The notes: generated by a model from the sequence alone, not told the origin. Positions 38,302 to 52,462 are shown, numbered from the stretch's first letter. The stretch is DNA of 64,000 bases from Sminthopsis crassicaudata (GCF_048593235.1 NC_133620.1:452939261-453003260); one strand, 5' to 3'. A program made the numbers and translations.

Positions 38302-41300
38302 GTGAGAAATTAAGTAATTCAATATCTGCATAAAAACCTTCTGTCAATTTTTTCTATCCATTGCCTTGGGAACAATATTATGCATTAACACAAATGTTAA
38401 TACCCATATTAATTATGCAATAAGGGGAACGAAGGGCAGCAATACATTGGAAAGAATATTGCCTCTGGAGACAGGATCAGGGGTCAAATGCCACCCCTGA
38501 TTTTCATGACCTTTGTGATCTTGTGTAAGTCACACTACTTCCTGAGGTCTCAGTTTTCCTCTCTTCATCATGTTGAGGTTGGACTGACTATGTGGCTTCT
38601 GAGCTCACTTCTGTGTCTACTTGAGGGATCCTAAGTATTTGGTTCTATCCCCATTATATGTACACAGTTGATTGTTAAAAGGGGCACAACAATATTTGCA
38701 TAAGAAAAATGAATAAAATCCATTTCTGAAGAAACAGCCTCTCAGATATTGAGGTAAGACCAGTTATTGAGAGTTTGCTTGGAAAATTGCCCCTCAGGTG
38801 AATGTATTTAGTCCTGCTTGAAAGCAGAGTAATGATTAATGAAAATGCAATGAAAGCTTCATGAGATTGTGGTCCATCAGTTTATCTGCAGGTGATTGTG
38901 TTAAAAGTTTTGAAGTTTATAACTGATAAAACTACAAATCAAAGAACTGTCAAGAACTATGGGAAGATTAAATAAGGATTTCAGTGTTCGTAGTTAGAAC
39001 ATCTTGGAATTTACATGTGTGTTATATATAGTAAGTGAAAGAAGATACATAAAAAAGTGGAGGTTTTCTATCATTGCCATTTGTGTGTGTCAGTTTCTCA
39101 GTCTACAAAAACCATTCCCTTCTCTTTTCTCTCCTCTTCCAGTGGTTTCCATAGAACCAAATGTGCCCCTCTTTTACCACTGCTTTGTTGGATAAAATAA
39201 GAAAGTATTTATAAAATATGGTACACAGTAAAATATATGAGCACAATGCCTGACACATAATAGGTGTTTAATAAATACTTATTCCTTTCCTCTTTCTTCT
39301 TAATGGCAAAAGATAGTATCTGAATAACCAACTTACATGTAAGTTTTGGTTCCAGTCAGGAACGATTTCTATGCCAACAAATGTACTAATTAGGATGACC
39401 AAATTAATTTCAGTCACTTAAGCCAGGTTGGTGTGGGTTTACTCACTATGGAACACTGGGAGTTTTCAGCAAAATTCTGGGTTTTAATAGGGAATCATAT
39501 CCATTTTGGCAGTTAGATAGACACACATTCGCTTTTGGTAGCAACTCCTCTTTTACCAATATTTCTGAATACCAGAAACTTTCTAAGTGAAGCTGTTGAT
39601 ACTCATTTTGTCCTTGCTTCCTTTCTCTTACAAGACTGAAATCCTTCAGGTAAATGGGCATTTTATTGTATGGACCTCTATCCTATGTAAACATGAGGAG
39701 AAAGGTGAAACAGGAAGCTGCAAAGAAGGAATTTTTTTTTCCCCAATCAATAGTTCAGCACTCAAGCACCCAAATGGGTCTGAGATTTCATTGATTCAGA
39801 AGTTCCCTAGTGAGGCAGACCACCACAAACCATCCATGATTGACCATCTGATACAATCCTTGTCCAGATCAGGATGATCACTTCAGAGCCCGAAGCTGTC
39901 TAGTCTAGTCTCTTTGTTTTACAGATAAGGAAACAGGATTAGGAAGATTATTTGACTTGTCCCTTGACAAGGACACAGAATTTATACATATTTGAGATAG
40001 TATTTTTTTTTAATTGTTAATTTTTTATCGCTAGTTTAATGCCTTATGCACTTATCCAAATTCCCCACAGAGTGTATTTCTGACATGCAGGAGGCCTTCC
40101 TCACATCCTCCTGGCAATGATGTAATCCATTAATTTACCTAGAAATTACAATACATAATTTCAAATACTACTCCAATCTTTCCCAGTTCTGCTGTAGAGC
40201 TGAATGGATGGGAAGGCAGAGGAGAACCCAGGGAGAATGTAGAAGCAGTGGGAAAATGATCTCCATGTAGAGACAGAGTTTCTTGTTACCTTGCCTGCTG
40301 TCGACAAAGCTGTCTTCATCCCTCCATGCTCTCACATTTCTTGGGAAAGGCAATTTAATCTGTTCGACTCAAATGAAAAGACAAAGGTGTGGTGTGACTT
40401 CTCCTGTTCACCTGAAACCAGTTTGTTCTAAAGTCCCTCCTCCATAGGATCATAGATTTAGACGTGGAAAGGACCTCAAAGAGGTCAAATCCAGACTCCA
40501 CATTTTACAAAGGAGGCAACTGAGGCTTAGAGGGCATGAACCAATCTGGAAATGGTCCAACTAACACTCTTGGAGCCCAACTACCATCTCTGAAGAGTCA
40601 AAACAAGAGAGGAACCTCAGAAAAATGTTCTGAGTAGACAGAGTCCTGCCCATCAGTGGCTCAAGTATCTGTAGCGTTGATTTTGTCCAGTCATGATATT
40701 TCCGATATGAGGGGAGGATTCCATTCAACTGTGTAATAGGAGGCTATCACTCCATCCTTCTGCTTGTCAAACTGGAAAAAAAAAAAAATGAGACTGAGAA
40801 GCAGCCGAGGGCATAATTAGTGGATAGCCTCATGGGCTTGGAGTCCAGAAGACCTGAGTTTGACTCCTGCCCTAGACAGACTTTTATTAATTGTATGACT
40901 CTGGGCAAATTACTTATTTCTACAAGCCTCAGTTTTTCTCATTTGTAAAATGACCTCTAAGCTTCCTTCCTGCTCCAATCTATAATCTTATCATGAATTA
41001 TCAACTCCTTTGTGTGGCTTTAAAGTTTATAGTGATAAACCTTGGGATGTATAGGATATATCTACAGAGAACACTAATTTTTTTAGTTATGCAATGGAGT
41101 GCTCTTAAAGTAATTAAGGACAAAATAAACTCAACTATCAAATAAATATGTGGGTTTGGGGTACCTCCTGTGTGGCCATGCTTTATAGGGAAACATGTTT
41201 TAGGTGTTCATTTTAGAAGGGTTTTTGGTGGTTGTTAAACTCAAAATGTTTATTATTTTCATTTTTATGTAAAATTGTTTCATTTAATTAAAGAAAAATC

Positions 41301-41869
41301 ATCATAGTTAACATGAATCTAGAGAATGATTTTTATTAAATGGTAGGCTAAGATTTCAATTTCTTTGTTGCATCAAAAACAATTCAGTTCACTGGCTTCT
41401 ACTTTTGAGCAGATAGCTTTAAGAAGAAACTAAATCAATCACCAAGCATTTATTAAGCACCTACTATGTGCCAGATAGTAGATATATTCATCCCTCATAA
41501 AAGCTAAATACATTAGAGCCAAAAGAGACACATTGTACAGTCATTAAACCCATTCTACATTATGTTCATTGTTACATGTAGCCTCCTCCCCTTTAATGTT
41601 GATGACTTTGGACAATATATAGAAAACATCAAGAATTTGTTACAGACTTACTGTGTGCCAGGTGCTCTGTTGAGCTCTGGGAATAGAAAAATAAAAATGA
41701 GGCAGTCCTTGACCTCAAAAAGCTTACATTCTACTAGGGAGTGATACTAGAAATAAAAGAATGTGGAAAACAAAATGATTCCACTTTCTACCCAGAAAAC
41801 CATCTTGTCATTCTTCTGGTTGTCCCACACTAGCTCCTGTACCTACACCTACCACTATTCCTCCACTCT

Positions 41870-42030
41870 CCCTTTTTTCCTTCTCTCTCCCTCCCTTTTA
41901 TCCTTCTCTCTCCCTCCCTTTTATCCTTCCCTCCTCCTCCTTTTTTTCCTTCCCTCCTCCTCCCTTAATTTCTTCCTTCCTTCTCCCTTTGTTCCTTCCC
42001 TCCTCCCTCCCTTCCCTCCTTCCTTTCTAT
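41870..42030. repeat. Polypyrimidine (CCT/CTT-rich) low-complexity tract
   Basis: Direct reading. Confidence 0.85.
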
Positions 42031-43881
42031 ATAAAAGCTGGGGCTTGTCTACAGTGGGATACCTAGAAGCATTAAGTTTATTTTCTGGGCAAGACTGAAA
42101 TCAGCATATGTCAAGGTCCTCTGCTTTATTATTGCTGGCTAATAAGGGTTTTCTGTTCAATTAATTGTGTTTATCACCAAGTTTTTTTTTTTTTTTTTCT
42201 ATTTGAATGATTAAGTATATATGGCTCCTTTGTTGACTATTATTAGCTTCTTGATACTCATTTAAAAAAAGAAAAACACTTTCCTGATGAAGGCATGAAA
42301 GCCTGTGAAAATGATTTTCCCCCCTCACTGCTATATTAATACACAATTTCTCCAGGGTCATATAGAATGTAGAGCATTAATGCACACATAATTCAATACT
42401 CTGTTATCCCCTGTTTTCAGACAGCCTTGAAATCTCTAGTTTGTCTCTGGATCTTATAGAGGCATCCCTGGGAGTCAGCACCCAAGATAGCGAGTTTCAC
42501 TGTCTGCCTTGCTTCCCTATACTACTTCTCTCACCTCCTCAGACCTCTAGCATATCTACAATTAAAGAACTATGGAGACCAATTGCCGAGAAAGCAGAGG
42601 GCTTTCCCTATCACGCTCTGGCACTTGCTATTCTCAGCATATTGATTTTCAAAGCAAAAAAAGTAAACACAAAAAACCCACACAAAAAAGGAGAATTTCC
42701 CAAGTCACATCGAATCCACAGAGGTCAATGTATTTAACTCAGTTTAGTCTTCTAACAGATGGCTGGTGGAGATGGATGCTGATGGCGAATCATGTTTAAA
42801 AAAGAAATTAGATTCAGTCCAGTTCAATTCTAATTAAACCAGAGATGTGTGTTAGGCAGCTACTCTATACCATGTGCCAGATTCTGGGGATACAGCTACA
42901 AAATGAACCAAGTCCTGGTTTCAAGGAGTTTAGTTTCTAATGGGGAGAGAGTTCAGTGATCCTATTTGGGGTTTATTTAACTGCCATTTCCTTCTCCAAC
43001 TCATTTTACAAATGAGGAAACTGAGGCAAACAGGGCTAAGTGACTTAGGGTCACACAGTCAATGTCTGAGGCCACATTTAAACCCAGGAAGCTGAGTCTT
43101 CCTGACCTCAAGCCCAACACTCTATCACTGTGCCACTTAGCTGCCCAATATATGGAGAACATTTTAATGAAGTGATTGGGGAGCAAGGACAGGAGAAATT
43201 GGAGGGATCAAGAAGGACTTTGTTTAGATCGTGTGGTATGAGACTCAGTAGGAAGTAAGGGATTCTACCAGGCTAAGGTGAGGAGGAGAACATTGTGAAG
43301 CACCAATGTGCCAGCAATGAAAGCAAGGGATGGAAAAAAAAAAAAAAAGTTCCTGCTCTCAGTCATCTTCCATTTTGTTAAAGACAATAAGAACAGAGAA
43401 TTAAATGCAAATCACACACTAATCAACATGAAGGAATTGGGAGGAGGGCAGTGTTTTAACTCAAGGAGGAAGGGGAAGGATGCAGGAAATCTTCATTTGG
43501 GAGCAGCATTTGAGTTCAGCTTTGAAGGGGACCCCCAGTAAAGAGCTAGACCATATTCTAGGCATGCTCACAGCATAAAGACCTGGGCTGGGAACAATGC
43601 ATAGACCTGTGTTTGTACTAAATAGCTCTATGTGAGAGTGTTTTTTCTAAATGAAATTTCCCCCCCCCAAAAAAATGTTGTAGTTTGGGCATTTTTCCCA
43701 TACTCCATCAGGCTGCTTTTAAGAATAATTAGCATTTCTGTAGTGCTTTAAGAATTTCAAAAGTCTTTGCAAATATTGACTCATTATAGCCTCAAAACAG
43801 TCTTGGGAAGTATTTGGTATTATTGTCTCCCTTTCACAGGTGAAAAACCAGGCAGAAAAAGATTAAATCAGGGTCCCCCCA

Positions 43882-43917
43882 CTAGTAGTAGTAGTAATAG
43901 TAGTAGTAGTAGTAGTA

Positions 43918-43950
<33 letters not shown>

Positions 43951-44062
43951 AATACTTGGTAGTATTGTTGCAACAGCAACAGTAAGTAGCAATAGTACTA
44001 TTAAATAATATAGTAAGTAGTAGTAGTAATTGTGGTAGTAGTGGTAGTAGTAGTAGTAGTAG
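43882..44062. repeat. (AGT)n imperfect trinucleotide microsatellite
   Basis: Direct reading. Confidence 0.92.
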
Positions 44063-45666
44063 ATTGAGACTGGGAATATCTAAGAGAAAGTTTCAACTAA
44101 AATTGTTTTATATCATTTTTTTACTTATTGTTTGTACATTGATGAATTCACAGGTCAGAACCTCTTGGAAAAACTAAAGTAGGATTATTTCCACTTTGCC
44201 AATAAGGAAACTGAGGCTAAGGCCCAAATGAAGTTCCAGGATCATATTCAGGCTTGAGGATCTCAATTGCTCAGCCATAGGAAGGCCAGGAGGAGTCCAA
44301 AGCCCCTGAATGCTGTCAGTTTTCCTTTTCAGAAGCGTACTCCGGGAAACAGTCCCAATCATTCTTCTCAGGCTTAGGAACTGTGGTTCTTTCTGGCAGT
44401 GAATGTTACTGATGTCATCCAGCCCACATTTGGAGAGCAGGGCTGTTCTTGTTCATAGAATCCTTAGGCTATAGATCCAAAGCATTAAAGAGTCTCTAAG
44501 AAGAGGATTTAAAATAAATCTTCCTTTTATTAGCATCCCTACTGTCGGGTGGCTTTGGGGTCATTTCTCAAAAGATGAAAATGAAACAAGACGGTTCCTG
44601 TAAATCAATCATTTTTTCTCACATCAGCTTCAGAGGGCTCAGCCAAAAATATCCACTGCTTGAGAATGCTTTCCTTGGCAATGAGATAGACTGGTCCTGT
44701 GGAAGGGAAGCTGGATTCAGGGACTAAGGGTCTGGGTTCAATTCCTCTCTCTGAATTACTACTTAGATAACCCTGAGCAAGTCATCAAGATGCTCTGTGG
44801 TCCTCAGTTATGTCTGTAAAACGAGGGAGGGGAGGTTGGATTAAGTAAAATCTCTTTTCCAGCTCTTAATGGTTGGACCTGAGAAGAAAGTGGAAAATGC
44901 TCATTTCTTCTGAAATGAATGATTGTTGATGGTAGAATCTCAAGATCCTGAGATGAGTAAAGGATGACCAGGGGTTATTCGGTCACTTCCTCTGCCTCCA
45001 AGGAATACAAGGAAGTGAAAGAATAATGACGGAGTTATAATAGCCAGAGAATTCTAGTTCAAATGCTGACTCTGACACTTGCCAGCTGGGCGACCTTAGG
45101 AAGTCATTATGGCTTGTGGGCCCCACTTTCCACATCTCAGTAATTATAATATTCTCTTTAAAATGCAATGTTCTGAGGTTTTCCAGGGGTCTCTGGGAGT
45201 AGCCTTCATTTCAATTCAGTAATCACCACACATGTAGCCAGGGATTAAAGTCCAAATCCTTTATTATCTCTTTCAAATTCTTGTCTCCCTCACTTGGTGC
45301 TCGGCTAGTTTTCTGGGGCTTTCTGGAGTCTTGGTTTCAGTGGAGAAGCGAAGGAGAACAGCCCTGGTACCACTTCTTTGTCTTCCCTAGTTGTGATTCT
45401 GACTGAATTTGTCTGAACTTATGTCCTCTCTTATTAAAGGTGTGAATCTTGTGGAACTATAGTAAGTACTAAGTACTAGAGAATTGTTAAGCACCGTGCT
45501 AAACAATCATTGTCTCTATCAATTCCACTGACTTAGCACCTTGTAAGAATCCTTTGTTTCAAGTTCAGAGTTCTGGCCCATAACAGTAATGAGGGGATAT
45601 GACTAGATGATCTTCCTGCTCTGATCTATGACAAATTTATATTACATTTTATGAAACTGAGGCTCC

Positions 45667-45767
45667 TAATGTTGTAAAAAAATAAAAAATAAAATTACCT
45701 ATGCATATGTACTGTCAAAGAAAATGTTATAATTATAAAAATTAATTTAAAAAAAGTATAAAAAAAA
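45667..45767 (+). mobile_element. About 100-bp L1 3' tail insertion in a MIR remnant
   Basis: 14-bp TSD gaaactgaggctcc at 45653-45666 and 45768-45781. Confidence 0.85.
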
Positions 45768-46110
45768 GAAACTGAGGCTCCACAAGGTTAAATTCTTTGC
45801 TTAAAGTTACACAGTCATATCAACACATTGCCTCCCTAGTAGCCCAGTTAAAAGAGGGAGTATGGAAGCCTGGGGTGTGGGAGCCTCCTCCAGGGCAACA
45901 TTAACTCGACTGTAAATTAGTACAGAGAAATACTCTTGTAGCCCTCCAATTTCTTGTTTTTGGGGGGATCTTCTCAGAAGCATCCTACATTCAAATTCTG
46001 ATTCTGTCCTCTTACCACTCAAGTGATGTTCGGCAAGTCCCTCAACTCTCTGTGCTTCAGTTTCCTTACTGCTCCAGGTTCAATTAGATGACTCTAAATA
46101 GGGATTCCTA

Positions 46111-46668
46111 TGTTATTGTTCTGTAAGAAATGACCAGCAGGATGATTTCAGAGAGGTCTGGAGAGATTCACATGAACTGATGCTGAGTGAAATGAGCAGG
46201 ACCAGGAGATCATTGTACACGGCAACAAGAAGTCTATACGATGATCAATTCTGATGGACATGGCTCTCTTCAACAATGAGATGAACCAAATCAGTTCCAA
46301 TTGTTCAATAATGAAGAGAACCAGCTACACCCAGTGAAAGAACTATGGGAAATGAGTGTGAACCACAACAGAGAATTTCCACTCTTCCTGTTTTTGTCCG
46401 CTTGCATTTTTGTTTTCCTTCTCAGGTTATTTTTACCTAATTTCCAAGTCCGATTTTTCTTGTGCACAAAATAACTATGGACATGTATACATATTTTGTG
46501 TTTAACATATACTTTAACATATTTAACATGTATTGGTCTATCTGCCATCTAGGGGAGGGGGTGGGGGGAAGGAGGAGAAAACTTGGAACAAAAGGTTTTG
46601 GAAGGGTCAATGCTGAAAAATTATCCATGTATATGTCTTGTAAATAAAAAGCTATAATAAAAAATAAT
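46111..46668 (+). mobile_element. Sense-oriented L1 3' fragment ending about 65 bp before the exon at 46733
   Basis: TSD aaata(g/t)ggattccta at 46096-46110 and 46669-46683; AATAAA at 46643-46648. Confidence 0.9.
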
Positions 46669-46732
46669 AAATATGGATTCCTAGTGGAGATTGTGGCTTT
46701 AAATCAATCTATTCTTCTCTTTCCCTTGATAG

Positions 46733-46888
46733 GAGATCTTTCCTTGTGTCAAGGACTTAACAAGTGAAATGTTTACGGACTTCTTGAAGCACTTCTGCCA
46801 GAGTGCAGACGACCTCTCGGAAATAGTGAAACGTGACATGTCAAGGCAAAGGTTTTTACAACTCTTCTTGGCCTGTGACAAAGCAAAG
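46733..46888 (+). CDS. EFCAB5: EFCAB5 exon, 156 nt (EIFPCVKDLTSEMF...LFLACDKAK)
   Basis: ttcccttgatag acceptor and AAG|gtaagc donor; aligns to human [22 protein letters not shown]...LFLHCDHGK. Confidence 0.95.
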
Positions 46889-49704
46889 GTAAGCTACCTG
46901 AGAACACTTGTCCAGGGTCCAAGACCAGTTCTTTCCAATCTTATGGGGGTGGAGCCCAGGATCACAGACTGGGAACTAGAAGAGACCTTAGAGATCCTTG
47001 CAGTCTGAGCTCCTGGCTTTACAGATGATGGAACATAGCCCTGGAGAGATAAAATGGTTTGCCGGCACAGCTGGTAAGTATCCATGAACCGGAGTTCTCT
47101 TGCCTCACCTCCAGCACCTGCCTCTCTTGGATTATGAATTAATGGTTTTCTTTCATTTCTGTGCTGGCAAAACCCTTTTCATAAGGGAAATGCATCCCAG
47201 GGAATGTGCAAAAGGAAGTGAAGTGAGTGTTCATCCATTGGAGAATGGCTGGGCAAATTGTGGTACTGGGAGTGTAAGAGAGGGTGATTGTGACATAATG
47301 GATGGTGAGGGTGGGAATTTGGGGAAATGTGGGCCGCTGTATATGAATAGAGTCAGAAGGACATATGCTGAAGTGGAAGGAACTGTATTCAACAACAATG
47401 ATGCGAATGAAAGGAAGTTAAACCCGGAGTAACTCGATTCATTAATCTTTGTCTCAAAGAAAGATGAGACAAACCTCTGTCCTTTTGGCCAACAGGTGAA
47501 GGACTTCCAGAGCAGAATGTTGAATATCTTATCAGATGTGGTCCCTTTATAAGTAGTTTTTGTCTGTTTTTCTTTGTTGTTACTACAAATTCAATTCTAG
47601 GGGAGGGCAAATCACTGATAGAAGAATCAAATGAAACACATCCAAAAAAGTGGGGGGGAAATCATTGAGGGTAGAAGGCATGCCTTCAGAGAGAGAGCAA
47701 GGAGATGATAAATGTGTTTTTATCAGGTTTGTAGCTTGTGGTTTGGGAGGGCAGCAGTGCACCTTTGAATACCAGATGGCCTTGGAATAGTTCCGCTGCA
47801 AACATGATGGAATTAGCTTCTTATTATATGGACACAGTTGCATCCTGAGAGAGAAATAGCAGACAGATCCAGGTCCCCACCTCCTGGTGTCCAGGAAGAG
47901 ATATCCTGCGGGAGTCACCAATCTGTTCTGCGTGGTCCTCATTTGCACCATGCTAGAAGCTCTAGCTCTCCATTGCCAAGGAGTTCTGGGGCCTCATTTG
48001 GTGGCTTGCTCAGGCACTCTCCAAGGACAAAAAGAGATGGGCCAAGAATGCACTAAAAGCTGGAATGAGCCCTTCCAGGCAATAGAACTGTCCCCTAAGG
48101 CTTCAGGGCATTCTTCAATTGCAAAAGACCAGGGAAAAAGTAATTTCCAGGTTCCACCCCTTCCTTTCACTGCAAGTTGGAGGATTTTGGGTACTGTGAT
48201 TTTTTTTTTCCCCCAGCTACACCAGATTTGTGATTTCCATCAGTTTGGATATAAAAGCCTCTGGCCTTCCTTTTCCAACCCACATGCTCATACCAGCAGA
48301 CCGGGTTCCCAGAGAAAGACTGGCTACAACTCTCCCACAGATGGACGAGGTGGGAGGGATATCCCTAAGAGGTTGGGGTGATCCTTCTCTTATGCTATTG
48401 TCTTGAAACTCTTCCCGCTCCCCATTCTGGTGTGTTCCCTCCCACATCAGGAGCTCCCCCAGTTCCATTTAATCAAGCAACATTAATTAGTTTTTATAAA
48501 GAGCTATTTACTGCAAGGACATGGCAAGAACAGAAATGACAAACATCCCCCCTACACACATATATTCTCCCCCTCTACCACAAGCTCTAGGGAGAGAGGC
48601 CTCACACTCTGCGGAGTTTCTTCACAACATTTCCCAGTGGGGCCCAGCTGATAGAAGAATAGGTGTTACTTCTGCTGCTCCTGGCCTGCTGCAGACTTAT
48701 TTCTTTCCAATATGTCTTCCCAGAATTCTCAGTGTGACCTCCAGCTTTATTCTGACCTTTTCAAGCACATTATGTCCACCTCTGAAGCAAAAGGCCCCAT
48801 GGCCTTGGTGGAGAAATAAAGACGAGGGACCCCACTGAGGACTTCCTAGCCTCCTCACCTGAACACAGCCCCTGAAGAGAGACCAGCTTACTTTGGCCAG
48901 TCAGTGATGGCAGTTTGTCTCTTCATTACATAGTCAGTAGACCAGGACCAGTTACAAAAGGTTTACACATGCTCCAAACTGGGGAGCCAGGTACTTCTAT
49001 CACACATTGTCATACCTTTCCAGAAATAGGCTCCCAGCTTCTTCCAGGGATTGCATCATCCCTGGGGATGATGGGGAATGCCTTGGATGATGCAATCTCA
49101 CTTATCCTTCCCCCATTTACATAGGGAACTCCCAGTAAAGAAACTTCTGGCTCTGCTATCTGCCGTCTTTGTGATCTTAGATAAGTCTTAGGTTTGTCTT
49201 TCAATCATAGAGAAACCTAATTCAACTCTCATAGACACTTTTCAGGACTTTTCTTATCTGTAACCAATCATCCTCACTATAAGCCATTGAGGCAGCAAGG
49301 GGGAGATAAAATTATTTCCAATTTAGAAATGACTAATATTCATAGGTTGATATAATGGAAAGAGCCTTGTCTCTAGAGTCAGGTCCTGGATTCAAATCCG
49401 ACCTCTGATGCTATTTGTGAGATCTTGAATAAGAATCCTTGTATTCGTTTGTCTCAGTTTTCTTAGTAAAATGGACTAGATGATGTAACTGTGGGCAGCC
49501 CACTTACCCTATTCCCTCAGTTTCAGCAGCTGTGAAATGAAAGAGTTTGACTAGATGATCTTTGGTGGGGGAGGGGGATAAAGGAAAAATAAACACAGCC
49601 CTTGCCCCAAGGAGTTTAAATTCCAATGGGGGAGATGGCATATAGGAATCCAAATAATATTAGATTAAATGTGGTATAGAGGGCAGGTAATCTTCAAGAG
49701 ACCG

Positions 49705-50300
49705 GGGTGTGTGTGTGTATGAAAGAGACAAGAGAGATAGAGATACACAGAGACAAACAGAGAGACAAGAGAGAGATACACAGAGACAAACAGAGAGACA
49801 AGAGAGTGATACACAGAGACAGAGAGACAAGAGAGATAGAGACACACAGAGACAGAGAGACAAGAGAGATAGAGATACACAGAGACAAAAAGAGAGACAG
49901 ATTCACATATACACAGAGAGACAGAGAAACACAGAGAGAGATAAAGAGAAGAGAGACAGATACATACACATGGGACAGAGACAGAGAGAGGACAAAGAGA
50001 GGCAGAGACAGAGACACATACACATGGGACAGAGACCGAGGCAAAGAAACAGAGAGACAGAGAAAGAGATACACGCACAAAAACAGAGACAGAGAGACAC
50101 AGAGAGACACATAGAGACAAAGACAGACATAGATTCATATATACTCAAAGAGACAGAGAAACACAGAGAAAAAGACAAAGAGAGGCAGAGACAGAGACAC
50201 ATGGGACAGAGACAGAGAGAGGAAGAGACAGAGACACACACCCAAAGACAGAGACAGGGACAAAGAGACAGAGACCGAGAGACACACAGAGACAGAGAGC
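49705..50300. repeat. (GAGACA)-rich complex purine repeat
   Basis: Direct reading; source of several spurious ORFs. Confidence 0.95.
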
Positions 50301-50559
50301 TGCATACTGATTGGCTCCTCAGGCCCTTGGCCTGAACTTGCACCCCCCCCAGCTACAGTCTTGGGGAGCACAGGGAGGCCAGGATAATCCTCCCAGGTGG
50401 CAGCAGCCAGCATGATCCTACCCGTGGTTTTGCCCAGCGGAACTGAGCCATTCACATATCACTGAGGACAGACTAAGCAGCCTGGGCCTGCACTGCCCTC
50501 ACTCTCTGTCCTTAGCCTGGTGCGAAGCGGACTGCAGGCAGCTCCCAGACAGCGAGGCC

Positions 50560-50862
50560 GAGCCTTATTGCCATTCAAAACATCATCTAGACATTGGATG
50601 CAATATTGTCACGGGCCTTCCGGTCTTAACGGTTCTACAATTGGTACAGGTCGAGATTTCTCTCTCCTTGGAAAATTCCTTCCATACAGGGACCATGTCC
50701 AGTCATCCTGATCTCCATCTGCCAATGGACTCTGATGGTTCTGGAGGAGAGAATGAGGCAAGGGTCTTTCTCTTCCTCACTTAAATCCAATTCACTTGCA
50801 AGTCATGGCCTCCCCTCCCTGGTGTCACGGCCCTCCTCGAGAACAAAGGGCAAACAACAACC
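50560..50862 (+). mobile_element. RTE-derived SINE/LINE 3' end (RTESINE/WALLSI-type)
   Basis: cacttaaatccaattcacttgcaagtcatggc...cctcgagaacaaagggcaaacaacaac tail. Confidence 0.65.
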
Positions 50863-50869
50863 TAAGTTT

Positions 50870-51560
50870 TATTTATACAAGAAAATTTTAACCTAAAATA
50901 ATTGAAATTATTCTTTTTATACTTCAACAATGCTCTCACCTTATAATATAATCTATTTCCTTTATATCTTTTCCCCTGGTTTCTTTGAAGTCCCTGATGT
51001 TTTGTTCTTCCAAATGAACTTTGTTATTTTTTTCCAATTCAGTAAAATAATTTTTAGTAAATTAATTGGGATGGCATTAAATAATAAGTTAGGTAAAATT
51101 ATCATTTCATATGACTTATAAATAAATACAAACAACAAATATAGTTTCTGTTATTTAATTCTGAGTTTATTTGTATAAAAAGTGTTTTATGTTTCTGCTC
51201 ATATAGTTCTTGTGTCTGTTTTTGCAGGTATATACTTAGGCATTTTATACTGGTTAGGTATTTTAAATGGTCTAAAACAATAATGAATAATATTGCTGAT
51301 ACAGTATATATTTTTCCATTTTGATTAAATATGTTTTAACTTTAATTTTGTCTGAGATCGTGATTACTCTCCCTGATTTTTTTTTAACGTAGTAAATTCT
51401 ACTTCTGCCCTTTATTTTCTTTTTATATATTTCTCATTTTCATGTTTCCTGAAAGCAACCTGTTGTTGAATTCAAGTTTTTAATCTGCTATATGTTTCTA
51501 TTTTATGGCTAAATTCATCTCATTCACATTTTAAGCTACAATTACTTATTAAGGTATCTG
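50870..51560 (-). mobile_element. Old L1 ORF2 remnant
   Basis: ttccaaatgaactttgttatttt...ttgggatggcattaaat motifs typical of antisense L1. Confidence 0.6.
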
Positions 51561-52462
51561 ATAAGCTTATGAGCAAAAAGGCATTTATAATAGCTGGCAT
51601 TTATGAAGCCCCTTAAGGTTTATATAGAACTTTATACATATTATCTCATTTTATCCTCACAACAACCCTTAGAACTTGGTGCTGTTATTATCCCCATTTT
51701 AGAGATGAGGAAAATGAGGCAACCAGCCAGCCATGGTCACATGGCTAGTAAGTGACTGAGGCAAGATTTCAATTCAGTTTTTCCTGTCTCCAGGTCTAGT
51801 GCTCTATTAGTGCATTGCCAGCTGCCTATTGATAACACAGGAATGGATCTATAACAGAATTTTGAAAGAACACTGAACTAACTTAAAATTCAGATTTCAG
51901 GGATGTCTAGGCAGGGGAAATGAATACCTTTGTGCAGGAGACACAGTGAGTTATCAATAAACATTTATTAGCACCTACTGTATGCCAGGCATTATACTAA
52001 GCCCTGAGACTACAAGGCCAAAGACAGTTCCTGCTCTCAAGGAGCTTACAGTTCAATGAGAAGATCTTTCAGATCACTGACTTTAATTATGATATTTGTG
52101 AAGCTGGTCTTATTTCCTTTATAATCTTGTTAACTCCATTAATTCCAGGGACTTACTAACAGCTAAGAAGACACACAGGGAGTATTGTAAGCTTCCTTGG
52201 CTTTCACTGACCATCTGTGAGAGCATGCTGGATGAATGAATAGTCTTCTTAAGGAATCTGTAAAAATTGGGAAAAGCATAGGAATTAATTCACTCAGAAA
52301 TAGCAGGTTTTGAACTGTGGATGGGTGCTCAGCAACTATCTAGTCCAACCATCTCATTTTATAGGTGGAAAAATTGAGGCTTAGTAATGAAAATGAACTG
52401 ACGCCATCTGCACAATGATCTTTAGGTCTTACAAATCCACTGTCTGCACACATTTTGCCTAG

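Noticed and set aside
49660-50455. Long ORFs on both strands
   Set aside because: Products of the GAGACA simple repeat.
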